A DNA stretch of 35,543 bases from an uncultured virus (IMG/VR IMGVR_UViG_2841629896_000002) (IMGVR_UViG_2841629896_000002), one strand, 5' to 3'; numbered from the stretch's first letter, positions 1 through 9,544 are shown. Notes: generated by a model from the sequence alone, not told the origin. Made by a program: numbers and translations.

Positions 1-1
1 T

Positions 2-58
2 GAAGTCTGTAATAAAGAAATTGTCTATAATGACCAGTCTATAAAAGACGCTGCGTAA
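2..58 (+). CDS. 3' end of an upstream, probably LbH-array, gene (...EVCNKEIVYNDQSIKDAA*)
   Basis: Open frame from the window edge. Its end resembles DQAINNAA* of 18970-19767 and it is followed by the same GC-rich spacer. Confidence 0.6.
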   Translation, partial: EVCNKEIVYNDQSIKDAA

Positions 59-69
59 ATAAGACACGA

Positions 70-88
70 GCGCGGCGGGGGCGCCCCT
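70..88 (+). repeat. GC-rich intergenic hairpin repeat of LbH array (gcgcggcgggggcgcccct)
   Basis: Near-identical copies at 19780-19798 and 20545-20562; variants at 1316-1333 and 21160-21176. Confidence 0.85.
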
Positions 89-142
89 CTTTAAAACATT
101 TCATTCTAAAATTTAAATCTCTATATATAAAGGAATAGTGTT

Positions 143-1306
143 ATGCAAAAAAAATTTGCACTCACAAATGAGACACGTGTAATTAGTAATCATACTCTTT
201 ATCGCATTAAAGCTTTAAAAGACTTTTCTGATGTTAAAGCAGGGGATCTAGGGGGCTTTATCGAAAAGGAAAGTAACTTATCACATAATGGTAATTGCTG
301 GGTAGCTAATGAGGCTTGTGTTTATAATAATGCTCTTGTTTCTGATAATGCTACTGTTTTTAATTATGCTCGTGTTTTCGATAACGCAACGGTTTGTGAT
401 AATGCAAAGGTATTTGATTTTGCTAGTGTTTATGACAATGCAAAAATACATGATAATGCCTTGGTTTTTGGATATGCTTTTGTTTACAAACATGCTCGTG
501 TTTTTAATAACGCCGCTGTATGTGATAAGGCTGTTATAAGAGACAATGCAAAAGTCTATGGGAATGCTTTTATTAATTGGTATACACGTATTGAAGACAA
601 TGAAACGATTAATCTTGCATCTCAAATTTCTGATGACGCTTGTGTCTCTTTACCTATAACAAAAAAATACGAATTTACGAATCAAACGCGTTGTGTGGCT
701 GGTCATACTTTACACCGCATTAAAGCCATTAGAGATTTTGCTGATGTAAAGACTGGTGATTTAGGTGGTTTTATCGAAAAGGAAAGCAATCTCTCTCATG
801 ATGGCAATTGCTGGGTCTATGATAACGCTACCGTTTTTTGGGAAGCTGTCGTTTCTGACAATGCAAAAATACATGATAATGCTTGTATTAATAGAAATGC
901 TAAAGTTTATGGCAATGCCGTTGTTAATGATGATGCATGGGTTTTCAGTGCAAATGCTCATGTTTATGGCAATGCAAAAATTAATGACAATGCTATCGTT
1001 CGTGGTCAAGTTTATGACAATGCCTTTGTTTGTAATAAAGCTAATATCGTTTTTGATGCAAAAATCTCTGATAATGCGAAAATTGCTGATAATGCTTATG
1101 TAAAGGGCTTTGTTTATGGCAATGCAAAAATATTAGGCTCTGCTCGTATTGATTGGGCTGCTCATGTTTACGATAATGCCGTCGTTTCTGACAATGTATA
1201 TGTTTGTTACTTAGTAAAAATCTTTGGCAATGCTATAGTTGATGGCAATCAAAAAATTTATGATGATATTGGGAATAATAACAAAACCATAAATGAAGCT
1301 GCTTAA
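143..1306 (+). CDS. Phage-type hexapeptide-repeat (LbH) protein, tandem two-unit fusion
   Basis: Two copies of the head motif LYRIKALKDFxDVKxGDLGGFIEKESNLSHxGNCWV, each followed by xNAxVx hexapeptides; RBS aagga. Confidence 0.85.
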   Translation: MQKKFALTNETRVISNHTLYRIKALKDFSDVKAGDLGGFIEKESNLSHNGNCWVANEACVYNNALVSDNATVFNYARVFDNATVCDNAKVFDFASVYDNAKIHDNALVFGYAFVYKHARVFNNAAVCDKAVIRDNAKVYGNAFINWYTRIEDNETINLASQISDDACVSLPITKKYEFTNQTRCVAGHTLHRIKAIRDFADVKTGDLGGFIEKESNLSHDGNCWVYDNATVFWEAVVSDNAKIHDNACINRNAKVYGNAVVNDDAWVFSANAHVYGNAKINDNAIVRGQVYDNAFVCNKANIVFDAKISDNAKIADNAYVKGFVYGNAKILGSARIDWAAHVYDNAVVSDNVYVCYLVKIFGNAIVDGNQKIYDDIGNNNKTINEAA

Positions 1307-1403
1307 ATAAAGCATGGGCGTTGTGGGGGCGCCTGCTTTCAATCCAATTTTCCATTTCAAATTTTATCAAACGTTTATCACATTAGATTGTGAGGGTACT
1401 CTT

Positions 1404-2183
1404 ATGTACAAAAAATACGAATTAACCAGCGAAATCAAAAAAATCAAACATGCTCTTACTCGAAATATTATAAACCTTTATCGCATTCGGGCTTTAAGGG
1501 ATTTTGATGATGTCAAGGCGGGTGCTTTAGGTGGTTTTATTGAAAAGGAAGTCAACCTATCCCATGATGGCAATTGCTGGGTCTATGATGATGCTTGTGT
1601 CTATGGTCATGCCCGTGTTTATGATGATGCAAAAATACGCCATTATTCGCAAGTCTGTGGTCTGGTTTATGGCAATGCTGAAGTCTATAGTAAGGCTTTT
1701 ATCTCTCAATATGCAAAGATTTACGATCAGGCTTTTGTCTATGGCAATGCTCATGTGTATGGCAATGTTTATGGCAATGCTCATGTGAGTGGTGCTGCTC
1801 GCGTTCTTGCTGATGCTCATATTTATGACCATGCCCATGTTTCTTATGATGCTACGGTTTTTAGTTATGCACGCGTCTATGGTCATGCTAGGGTTTGTGG
1901 CTCTGCTTGTATTTATAGCCATGCGAAAATTTATAATTATGCTGTGATTAATGGTCGTGCAAAGATTTATGGCAAGGTCTATGGCAATGCGCGCGTGGGG
2001 GGCTCTTGTGAGGTTTATGGCTCTGTCTATGGCAATGCAAAAATCTTACATTGTGCAACGATCTGGGGGCGTGCTTATGGCAATGCAACAATCAATACAA
2101 AAAGCAAAGCAAAGTTAGTTCCCAAAAATTGTGAGGTTTATCAAAGCGATAATGTCGTTAAGATTATTGATAAAACAGAATAA
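1404..2183 (+). CDS. Hexapeptide-repeat (LbH) protein, terminal gene of array 1
   Basis: YGNAxV repeats. Start moved to ATG 1404 (RBS gaggg) by comparison with near-identical 21250-22029. Confidence 0.85.
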   Translation: MYKKYELTSEIKKIKHALTRNIINLYRIRALRDFDDVKAGALGGFIEKEVNLSHDGNCWVYDDACVYGHARVYDDAKIRHYSQVCGLVYGNAEVYSKAFISQYAKIYDQAFVYGNAHVYGNVYGNAHVSGAARVLADAHIYDHAHVSYDATVFSYARVYGHARVCGSACIYSHAKIYNYAVINGRAKIYGKVYGNARVGGSCEVYGSVYGNAKILHCATIWGRAYGNATINTKSKAKLVPKNCEVYQSDNVVKIIDKTE

Positions 2184-2248
2184 AAACAAGCATGGGAGCG
2201 CCTTCTTGATAGCTATAAACGTATCATAAAAGAGAGAATTCATAAAAA

Positions 2249-2280
2249 AAAGCCGTGCCAAGTGATATGACGCGGCTTTC
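2249..2280 (+). terminator. Probable terminator hairpin after LbH array 1
   Basis: aaagccgtg...cgcggcttt stem; conserved copy at about 22095-22125. Confidence 0.55.
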
Positions 2281-3752
2281 AAAGAATGATTCTTATGATA
2301 AAAATAACCACCTACAATGGAGTAATGAATGCATATATACAAAATGTATCATATTTCAAGTGCTCTATTAAAAATATGAAAACTTATCAAAAGGAATGTA
2401 TGATGCGTATGATCTTTAATCACTCATTTGAATGAGAGAGCCTATAAACGCTTTTTGTTAATCTCAAACGTATCAATCATAACGCCCTCATTTGTGAGGT
2501 GGTCTTTTGAAATAAAGCCCATGATCAAAATGCTTCTTTTAAAACGTTTCAATATACTGACTTTAAAATTGAGTTGAGTAAATTGAAATAACTTACATTC
2601 TAAAAATCAAAACGCTTTTTAGATTCATCTCAATACAATCAAAAGCAAATGCCTCTTAAACAAATGTCTTTTTTAAAACATTCTTTTTACATCTGTAAAC
2701 GTTGGTTTTCAAAACAATCTCTCATAAGACAAATAAACAACCGCTTTTATCAAAGGTAAGGCTTTAAAAACTGTTATAAACATCCGTTTCAAACGTTCAC
2801 TTAGAGAGGTTCTCATAAGCGTATTTTTAACAAAGCTTCTTTGCAAATTAATCGCTCTATATTTGGCTAGCAAAACTAAGTAAAATCTCATGCCTTATGA
2901 TGTTACAATAGTTTTGAATTTTACTTGCTTATCTTTGTCTAAATAGGTGCCCTCAAATTTGAGGAGACCTCTTTGGGTTTCGTATTTTTAAACTATAACT
3001 TTTAAAACGTTTTTTAGTACCAAGTCTAAAGTAGATAGTAATTCTACTGCCATGGCATGATTTGCCTCCATTTTTTTGTGGAAGCGAATATAGTTCTGTT
3101 CTAAAAACTAGTCTGCAATCTATTCATTAAAAGGCTTTTCATTTCATAAGATATAAAATACCTCTTTATCGTTTTCTAAACTTTTAGAAAGCGTTTAAAA
3201 GCGATCTTGTCCTTAATCCTTTTATGCAATCTTTATAAATTAAACCTATAAGCTTATGACAGTTTCAAACAGTTAATTTCTTTAATGCCATTTTAAATGG
3301 TTTTTCCCAATTTGGGGAAAAATTATATGATCTCTATTTTCTATAAATGCGTATCTTTTGATACAATTTACCTTATAACAGTTTCAAACGATTACCCTCT
3401 TATAGAATGATCTAATATTGCTATAACACTCTTTAGTTTTTGCGCTTCTCAATTTTGAAAACTATAATTTTATGTTTTTATCATGTGATTAACAAACCAA
3501 TCTTTAAAACAAGATATAATCTTTAAACGTATGTTATCGATAATTACAAACGACTAAATTTTTAAACAATGTGATTTGTGCTGTGATAAAAACGTATCAT
3601 AAAATTTATAAACTGTTATGAATGATATCTGCTTTTCATTTCATTGAATGCACCCATGCGTTATAATATTAGCATCATGATTTGCTTTTTATGGTCTATT
3701 CATACATGCCAATCTTATATAAAAAATGATCAAATGAATCACGTATAAAAGT

Positions 3753-3851
3753 GTGGATTCTTAAGTGGATTCATATAAAATAATTGCAATCAACATATTG
3801 ACTTTATTGTGTTTTTTATGATAATATCTTTCCAAAGGCGAAATGGTTATG
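3753..3851. other. Putative attR of element 1: arm-type repeats gtggattc x2 (3753, 3765), IHF box aatcaacatattg (3788-3800), core about 3827-3851
   Basis: Positional homology to 23678-23773; exact match to IHF consensus WATCAANNNNTTR. Confidence 0.55.
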
Positions 3852-4067
3852 CTGGAACGGATGGAATTACTGGCAAGATAAGTGGTAATGGCGGGGATGC
3901 TGGGGGTGATACATCAAGGGGTGGCTCTGGAGGAACTGGACAAGGTTCCTATAGTTCAGGAAAAGCAGGGCGTGGCTTTGGAGGTGGGGGTGCTGGTTCT
4001 CATGGGGATGATTCTCCAAGCGGTGCTGGAGCTGGGCGCTGTTCTTATAAGGTTATGGAAAGATTAA
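3843..4067 (+). pseudogene. 3' fragment of Gly-rich phage tail-fibre-like gene, with frameshift near 4034
   Basis: GNGGDAGG...GFGGGGAG...SGAGA in one frame continues as GAVLIRLWKD* in another. No credible start; lies where tail-fibre genes precede the sheath in P2-like phages. Confidence 0.55.
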
Positions 4068-4155
4068 ATGATTATGAACAATTGCAAAATAAAGACGAGT
4101 AAGTTTAAGTTATAATAGCACCTTTAAAAAAGCATCCCAATACGATAGAATGGTA

Positions 4156-4443
4156 CTAACAAGAACTCGTGAAAAGAGGATGTATTTTAGGTTGCTTATG
4201 TTTTAGAGCTTGCGCTAAATCATAATTTGCCTGCATAGCGAGCCAAGCGCGTGCAGTACTCACACCAGCCATTTCAAGCCGAATAGCGAGATTTGGACTA
4301 AGTGCGGCTTTCCCATTTAAAACCCTAGAAAAAGCAACACGAGACATACCAAGCCGTTCGGCTGTTTCGCTAACAGATAAACCAAGCTCTGCGATTACAT
4401 CTTCACGCAATAATTCACCGGGATGTGGAGGATTTTTCATCAT
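4156..4443 (-). CDS. higA: HigA-family antitoxin
   Basis: PPHPGE motif, XRE HTH, WLAMQANYDL; directly downstream of HigB. Confidence 0.92.
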   Translation of the reverse strand: MMKNPPHPGELLREDVIAELGLSVSETAERLGMSRVAFSRVLNGKAALSPNLAIRLEMAGVSTARAWLAMQANYDLAQALKHKQPKIHPLFTSSC

Positions 4444-4460
4444 TTTTTAGTTCTCCTTAT

Positions 4461-4739
4461 TTAATGATAATCTAGATAATCAACCAATTCGACATCTATA
4501 CCAACAAAACGGAATATTACGCGCCAATTTCCATTTACAGTAATTGACCAGTAGCCCTTAAGATCACCTTTTAGAGGTTGTAATCGAAAGGACGGATAAT
4601 TCAAATCATTTGGTGATATAGCTACATCAAGAGTACCTAAAATACGCCTTAACTTTTGAGTATGGGCTGATTGAATTCCTTTTGTCACACCAGTATTGTA
4701 AAAGGCTTCAAGCCCTTTATGTTTAAATCCCAAAATCAT
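4461..4739 (-). CDS. higB: HigB/RelE-family toxin (plasmid maintenance killer type)
   Basis: FKHKGL...LKGDLKGYWSITVNGNWRVIFRF...VDYLDYH. Confidence 0.92.
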   Translation of the reverse strand: MILGFKHKGLEAFYNTGVTKGIQSAHTQKLRRILGTLDVAISPNDLNYPSFRLQPLKGDLKGYWSITVNGNWRVIFRFVGIDVELVDYLDYH

Positions 4740-4740
4740 A

Positions 4741-4758
4741 ATACACTATATCGTGTAT
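4741..4758. promoter_or_regulatory. Inverted repeat upstream of higB, probable HigA operator
   Basis: atacac-tatatc-gtgtat immediately 5' of the start codon. Confidence 0.45.
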
Positions 4759-4805
4759 CGTTACTAAATACAAGAAAAAATCTATAAATCCTAAAAAATG
4801 CCTTG

Positions 4806-5066
4806 TCATTGATTTACATGACCAATCGCAGGAACAAGATCTTTAGCGGTCAAGTTCATTTGTTTCATTCTAAATTTAATAGCCTCAATTGGATGAGGTG
4901 GAGAAACAGGATAGTGCTCTGCTTCATACGCTTCAATCAACAATACAAGAACCTCCATTTGATCAAATTCAGGAGTCCCCTCTTGAGGTTGATTATCGAA
5001 CATTGCAGACACAATTTCTAAGGATTCTTGATAATCTTGTTCAGTGCGAATAGGCTTGATGTTCAT
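4806..5066 (-). pseudogene. Truncated HigA-type (E. coli HigA-like) HTH antitoxin
   Basis: IKPIRTEQDY...LIEAYEAEHYP...PIEAIKFRM...DLVPAIG then stop mid-HTH; no toxin upstream. Confidence 0.7.
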
Positions 5067-5153
5067 TTTTTAAATTTCTTTAAATGATATAATATCGATG
5101 GCATACTGTTTAAATTGTAACGGTTTTAAAATTAATTGCAAAGAAGACTATCC

Positions 5154-5450
5154 ATGACTACACGCAATCCTAATCGCTGCCCTACTCATCCAGGAGAAGT
5201 TTTAGCTGAATCCTTAGAACATTTAAATGCAAGCAAAACGGAAATTGCTAGGATTCTTCAAATATCACGCCAGCACTTGCACGGCATTCTTAAAGGAGAA
5301 CGTCCAGTCACAGCCGTAACAGCGGCTCGCATTGGTAAATTGTTAGGAAATGGACCAGCCCTTTGGCTACAGCTTCAAGCCAATTATGATGCTTGGCATG
5401 CTGAACGTGAAACAGATGTTAGCAAAGTTCCGACACTCCATACTGTTTAA
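5154..5450 (+). CDS. higA: Orphan HigA-family antitoxin
   Basis: PTHPGE, HTH, WLQLQANYD; ATG at 5154; no adjacent upstream toxin. Confidence 0.85.
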   Translation: MTTRNPNRCPTHPGEVLAESLEHLNASKTEIARILQISRQHLHGILKGERPVTAVTAARIGKLLGNGPALWLQLQANYDAWHAERETDVSKVPTLHTV

Positions 5451-5459
5451 TTGTATAAC

Positions 5460-5855
5460 TCAGTCTCTAGAAACTTTTCCAAGTGGCTTTATTGCTTTAA
5501 CTTCTTTAATTTTAAGTGCAATTTTACGCATAAAAGCAAGACTAAAACGCCCTTGTGGTTTTAAATCTTCAAAGTCAAACAAAGATTCGCAAGAAACAAC
5601 ATTAAATTCATCAACACGTACCCAAGATTGCTTTTGCAACCCCACACGTTTGCATTCTATCTCAGGTACTTTTAAGCTAAATTGCAAATTAACTGGCTCT
5701 TGAGAAGTGATAGGAAACAAAAAAAGATGCTTTTCAGTTTTAACCATGACACAAGAAGGACGCGCTTTACGCCCTGAATGTTCACCTTTTTGCGCTTGTT
5801 CGTGCCATAAATAATAATACCGAACAACATCCCCTGCTTTAAACATGTTCATCAC
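5460..5855 (-). CDS. Probable PemK/MazF-like toxin
   Basis: GDVV...GRKARP.CV...FPITSQ...SWVRVD pattern; overlaps the upstream antitoxin. Confidence 0.65.
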   Translation of the reverse strand: MMNMFKAGDVVRYYYLWHEQAQKGEHSGRKARPSCVMVKTEKHLFLFPITSQEPVNLQFSLKVPEIECKRVGLQKQSWVRVDEFNVVSCESLFDFEDLKPQGRFSLAFMRKIALKIKEVKAIKPLGKVSRD

Positions 5856-6090
5856 TGTTTAAAATGTCATCTAAACCACGATTTAAATCGTCTAATATAT
5901 TTTGCGGTGCATCTGCATAGGAAAAAGATTGTACGCTAGAACGCGCTTTTATTAATTCATGATATAAATCAACAGGAAGCATAATGATTTTTTCACGCCC
6001 TCGCTTCGTTAAAGCAACAGGCGTTGACATCGCTTCGTCTAAAATATCACCTGCCCCGCGATTTACATCTGTAAAACTATATTTTTTCAT
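5839..6090 (-). CDS. Phd/YefM-like antitoxin
   Basis: YSFTDV...ILDEAMSTPVALTKRGREKIIML; acidic C-terminus. Confidence 0.75.
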   Translation of the reverse strand: MKKYSFTDVNRGAGDILDEAMSTPVALTKRGREKIIMLPVDLYHELIKARSSVQSFSYADAPQNILDDLNRGLDDILNSDEHV

Positions 6091-6111
6091 CAGTACAGCC
6101 TTTTAATAGAT

Positions 6112-6140
6112 AATACGTATTGTACGTATAATATGTATTA
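6112..6140. promoter_or_regulatory. Tandem tacgta palindromes upstream of Phd-like gene, probable operator
   Basis: aatacgtatt-gtacgtat-aatatgtatt. Confidence 0.45.
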
Positions 6141-6222
6141 TGTAAAGATATTTTACAACACACTGGAGAAAAAGCACCCTTTATGTGATTGGAATAAGCT
6201 TCTTTAAGGGAATCTACTAAAC

Positions 6223-6251
6223 TCTTCCCCACTTAGAAGCAGGGAAGAGAG
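6223..6251 (-). terminator. Hairpin after antirepressor operon 1
   Basis: ctcttccc...gggaagag inverted repeat. Confidence 0.5.
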
Positions 6252-6264
6252 GTTATGTTTTACC

Positions 6265-6543
6265 TTAAGCAACCTTTTTAATGGGGCTCTCGAGATTTGG
6301 TTCATAAGCGCGCAATAAAGAATCCATGCTATGCGGTAGCTCTGAAGAACCAAAATCTGTGAGAACTGCTAAAATCTTAACAATATTTGGCACATCATCT
6401 TGGAGCTTTAAAATCAAAACCTTTTCTACAAGACTCATGATATCAACCAAAGCTGTACAATCTTTATCGTTGATATTTTCATCATTAGAAAACTGAAACA
6501 ATGCTATCCATAAATCGCACAAGAAATTGGTATCTATCTTCAT
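6265..6543 (-). CDS. Hypothetical phage protein coupled to antirepressor (MKIDTNFLCDLW)
   Basis: ATGA overlap with the ant stop, RBS ggagg; paralogue at 30435-30713. Confidence 0.75.
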   Translation of the reverse strand: MKIDTNFLCDLWIALFQFSNDENINDKDCTALVDIMSLVEKVLILKLQDDVPNIVKILAVLTDFGSSELPHSMDSLLRAYEPNLESPIKKVA

Positions 6544-7271
6544 TGTACACCTCCATGGATTTGCTCTCTCAAACATGCCAATCCTCTGGATGTGATTTTT
6601 GTTGAAGGGAGTACCTTTTCTGTACCATCCGGTCTTTGAATGGTGATAGCAGGGCAATCCATAAAGCCTTTCTTGATTTTATCCTGATAAGGTAATAGAG
6701 GCGCCCCCGGAGCACGACGATAGACCCAATCATGTTTACGCAAGTAATCGGTTAAGTCCTTTGGTCGCACCTCCAACATCTTCGCTGCTTCGATAAGACC
6801 AAACAAACCATCAGAACGTTTTAAACCTTCCAAAGCCTCTGCTTTTGGAGTCAATTCAGCAATAACATGATCTTTCTGCTCAATTTGATTTTGTAAGTGA
6901 TTCAAAACACCAAGTAATGCCTCGGGTTTGGAATAATCAACTTGTGGTGTGGTTACTTGTTTCAAAAGCCGTTCACATTTGATAAAATATTGACGCGCTT
7001 CATGTCCTTTATCATTACGCTCTATCATCGAAAGGTGTTTAGCCATGTCTAAGGTAATGTGGTATTCTTTTACCTTTCCACCGCTTACTAAATTTTTAGT
7101 AAGCGTTATAAAGTTTATATTTTCCTGAAATTTACATTCTTTAATGCGGTTTTTAATCCAATCATTAAAGCGGGCTTTTATCTCTAAAAATGTGTGTAAT
7201 TCACGGGCATTGACGGTTTGAACAGTCTCTTGATCAATAACCTGTTCTGATATTTCTATAAGTGTGTTCAT
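6540..7271 (-). CDS. Phage antirepressor, AntA/AntB-type N-domain plus KilAC (ANT) C-domain
   Basis: VNARELHTFL...FNDWIKNRI...YHITLDMAKHLSMIERNDKG; C-terminal KITSRGL. Confidence 0.9.
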   Translation of the reverse strand: MNTLIEISEQVIDQETVQTVNARELHTFLEIKARFNDWIKNRIKECKFQENINFITLTKNLVSGGKVKEYHITLDMAKHLSMIERNDKGHEARQYFIKCERLLKQVTTPQVDYSKPEALLGVLNHLQNQIEQKDHVIAELTPKAEALEGLKRSDGLFGLIEAAKMLEVRPKDLTDYLRKHDWVYRRAPGAPLLPYQDKIKKGFMDCPAITIQRPDGTEKVLPSTKITSRGLACLREQIHGGVQ

Positions 7272-7318
7272 AACGAACTCCTTGGTAATAGAGGTTTTTC
7301 ATTGACACTCTAAAGAGT

Positions 7319-7400
7319 GTCGGGCGCTGAAAAACACGGTACCAAGTCCGTCGTTACGCTTTCCCCGAAAGGGTATTGTATAGCATAACCACACCCGACA
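7319..7400 (-). ncRNA. c4/CI-like antisense RNA, copy 1
   Basis: Minus-strand stem tgtcgggtg...cgcccgaca. Internal ttggta and gtgtttttc are complementary to targets both upstream (about 7481-7501) and at the ant RBS (about 7281-7300). Confidence 0.7.
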
Positions 7401-7659
7401 GAATTATTATACGCACGTAGCATATAACGAGTCAAAGTATTTAATGTGCGGAAGATAAACTATGTCGGTAGTTTGTCCGTTTGGTATTTAAGGTGTTTTT
7501 CAGGCACCTGATTCGAAAATACACATTGCATAAATAATGTCAAGCACCTTTCTATATTTTTGTTAATTTCATCTATAAATGCTGGACGCTTAAAACACAG
7601 CAATCATCCCCTTCGTTTTCCCATTCATTTCATTAACCAATATTTTAAAGGAGTATAAA

Positions 7660-8199
7660 ATGGTAACAGGTTTTTTACACGGTGTTGAAGTCGTCGAGGT
7701 TGACGACGGCACCCGCCCCCTTCGTGCAGTTCAGTCTGGCGTTATCGGAATTATCGGCACAGCACCTGATGCTGATGAACAAGCCTTTCCTCTTAACACA
7801 CCGGTTTTGGTAGCGGGCTCTCTTTCACAAGCCGCAAAACTCGATAAAACGGGTAAGCGTCAAGGTACATTACCCAATGCCCTTGATCTCATTTTCAAGC
7901 AAGTAGGCGCAATTGTCGTTGTCATCCGTGTGCAAGAAGGTGACAACGAAAATGCAACACTCACCAATATTCTAGGTGGTGTAAACGCAAATGGCGCTTA
8001 TGAAGGCGTTCATGCTTTCATTGGAGCACAATCCATTGTAGGACAAACACCACGTATTCTGATTGCTCCAGGCTTTACACATCAGCGCCCTTCCAGCGTT
8101 GGTATTGAAGGGAATGAAACTAGTGCAACTGCCAACCCTGTAGCAGCAGAACTGATTGGCATTGCAGAGCGCCTGCGCGCTATTGTGGTGCTTGATGCT
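7660..8199 (+). CDS. Tail sheath protein (P2 FI-like), 5' part, interrupted
   Basis: FLHGVEVVEV...FPLNTPV...PRILIAPGF; sheath-like sequence ends at AIVVLDA and resumes at 23765. Confidence 0.92.
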
Positions 8200-8214
8200 A
8201 GCAACACATTGATT
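8184..8214. other. attL of element 2: tgtggtgct-tgatgct-agcaacaca plus IHF box (8202-8214)
   Basis: 8/9 inverted arms around a 7-bp spacer; imperfect direct repeat of 23749-23773; reverse-complement aatcaatgtgttg matches the IHF consensus. Confidence 0.8.
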
Positions 8215-8374
8215 TTTATATATAATTTACTGTTTTGCATATTGAATTAAAGCCCCGAATATAGTAAGATTTTCTTATTCTAAACCCTCTCAGATTGAAT
8301 CAATTCATATCACTTGCTTGCACGTCAAAAGCGGGGCTGGTGTGTGGGTAAAATTTATACAAGAAAGGACTAAA

Positions 8375-9541
8375 ATGGCTCTTATGAACCGTCTTAATGC
8401 AAGATCTGTCGCAACATTGGGGGCTGGCAAATATAATGATGGCGCCGGCTTGTTACTTCATAAGCGTAAAGATGGAGGTGTTCAATGGATTTTACGGTAT
8501 ACCCTTCACGGACGCCGTCGTGAAATGGGATTGGGAGCGTTGCGAGATGTCTCTTTAAAAAAAGCACGTGAATTGGCAAACCAATGGCGGGCTGTTTTAC
8601 GTGAGGGGCGTGACCCTATTAAAGAACGCAACAAACAAAAGCGTGAGGCAATGCGCAATCTCCATTACTTAAAAGATATTGCTCTAGATGCTTTTGAAAG
8701 CCGTAAAGCTGAATTAAAGAATGATGGTGAGGCTTGTAATTGGTTTTTACATTTACGCCTCCATATTCTCCCTAAATTAGGCTGTCTACCCGTTTCAGAG
8801 ATTACACAAACAGAGATACGCGATACCCTTGCCCCTATTTGGCATACAAAAGCTGGAACTGCTCGAACAGCACTGATGCGTCTTAATCTTTGTCTCAAAC
8901 ATGCGGCTGCATTAGGGTTAGATGTTGATTTACAAGCAACAACAAAAGCACGCGCTCTTTTAGGCAAACAACGTCATAAAAAACAAAGCTTACCAGCCAT
9001 GGATTGGAGAGATGTGCCGGCTTTTTACCAATTTCTCTGTAAAACAACAACTATAAAACATTTAGCTTTGCGTCTGCTTATTCTGACAGGTGTCCGTACT
9101 AATCCTTTACGTCATATTCATAAAGATCAAGTTGATGGCGATATATGGACTATTCCTGCTGAAAATATGAAAGGAAAGCGTGATGCTACAACAGAGTTTC
9201 GCGTGCCCCTATCATCTGAAGCAATAAAAATAATTGAACAAGCCCGCTGTATCTCTAAAAGTGATTTCATCTTTTCACTTACCGGTCGTGGTCCTCTTTC
9301 ACATACGATGATGGCAGCGTATATGAGAAAAAATAAAATTGAAGCCTGCCCCCATGGTTTTCGCTCTAGTTTACGCGATTGGCTTGCTGAAACAACCGAT
9401 GCCCCCTATGAGGTCGCTGAAACCATTTTAGCTCATACGGTAGGCGGACAAGTAGAGCGTGCCTATCGTCGGACTGACTATTTAGAACAGCGTCGTGTCT
9501 ATATGGATAAATGGGCGGCTTATGTCACTGGTCAATCTTAA
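8375..9541 (+). CDS. int: P4-family tyrosine integrase with arm-binding domain
   Basis: KYNDGAGL..RRREMGLG; LTGVR; HGFRSS; LAH; AYRR. RBS aagga before ATG 8375. Confidence 0.95.
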   Translation: MALMNRLNARSVATLGAGKYNDGAGLLLHKRKDGGVQWILRYTLHGRRREMGLGALRDVSLKKARELANQWRAVLREGRDPIKERNKQKREAMRNLHYLKDIALDAFESRKAELKNDGEACNWFLHLRLHILPKLGCLPVSEITQTEIRDTLAPIWHTKAGTARTALMRLNLCLKHAAALGLDVDLQATTKARALLGKQRHKKQSLPAMDWRDVPAFYQFLCKTTTIKHLALRLLILTGVRTNPLRHIHKDQVDGDIWTIPAENMKGKRDATTEFRVPLSSEAIKIIEQARCISKSDFIFSLTGRGPLSHTMMAAYMRKNKIEACPHGFRSSLRDWLAETTDAPYEVAETILAHTVGGQVERAYRRTDYLEQRRVYMDKWAAYVTGQS

Positions 9542-9544
9542 GAT

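Larger units (their letters stand above)
1..3842 (+). mobile_element. Right end of satellite-like integrative element 1 (sister of 8200-23764); left part outside the window
   Basis: About 1307-3826 aligns by eye with about 21147-23748 (last LbH gene, non-coding tail, gtggattc repeats). Similarity stops at the position equivalent to attR of element 2. Confidence 0.8.

Noticed and set aside
281..1922. Alternative-frame and antisense ORFs over LbH genes (also within 19117-21768)
   Set aside because: Shadows of the repetitive tat-ggc-aat-gcn coding pattern; Met/Ile-rich with no recognisable motif.
143..2183. LpxA/LpxD-type acyltransferase annotation
   Set aside because: Only the hexapeptide periodicity is shared; head domain and context are phage-like and no accessory enzyme domains are seen.
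8200..8250. C-terminus SNTLIFIYNLLFCILN of ORF 7660-8250 and GTG start of ORF 23750
   Set aside because: Read-through into att sequences; artefacts of the insertion.
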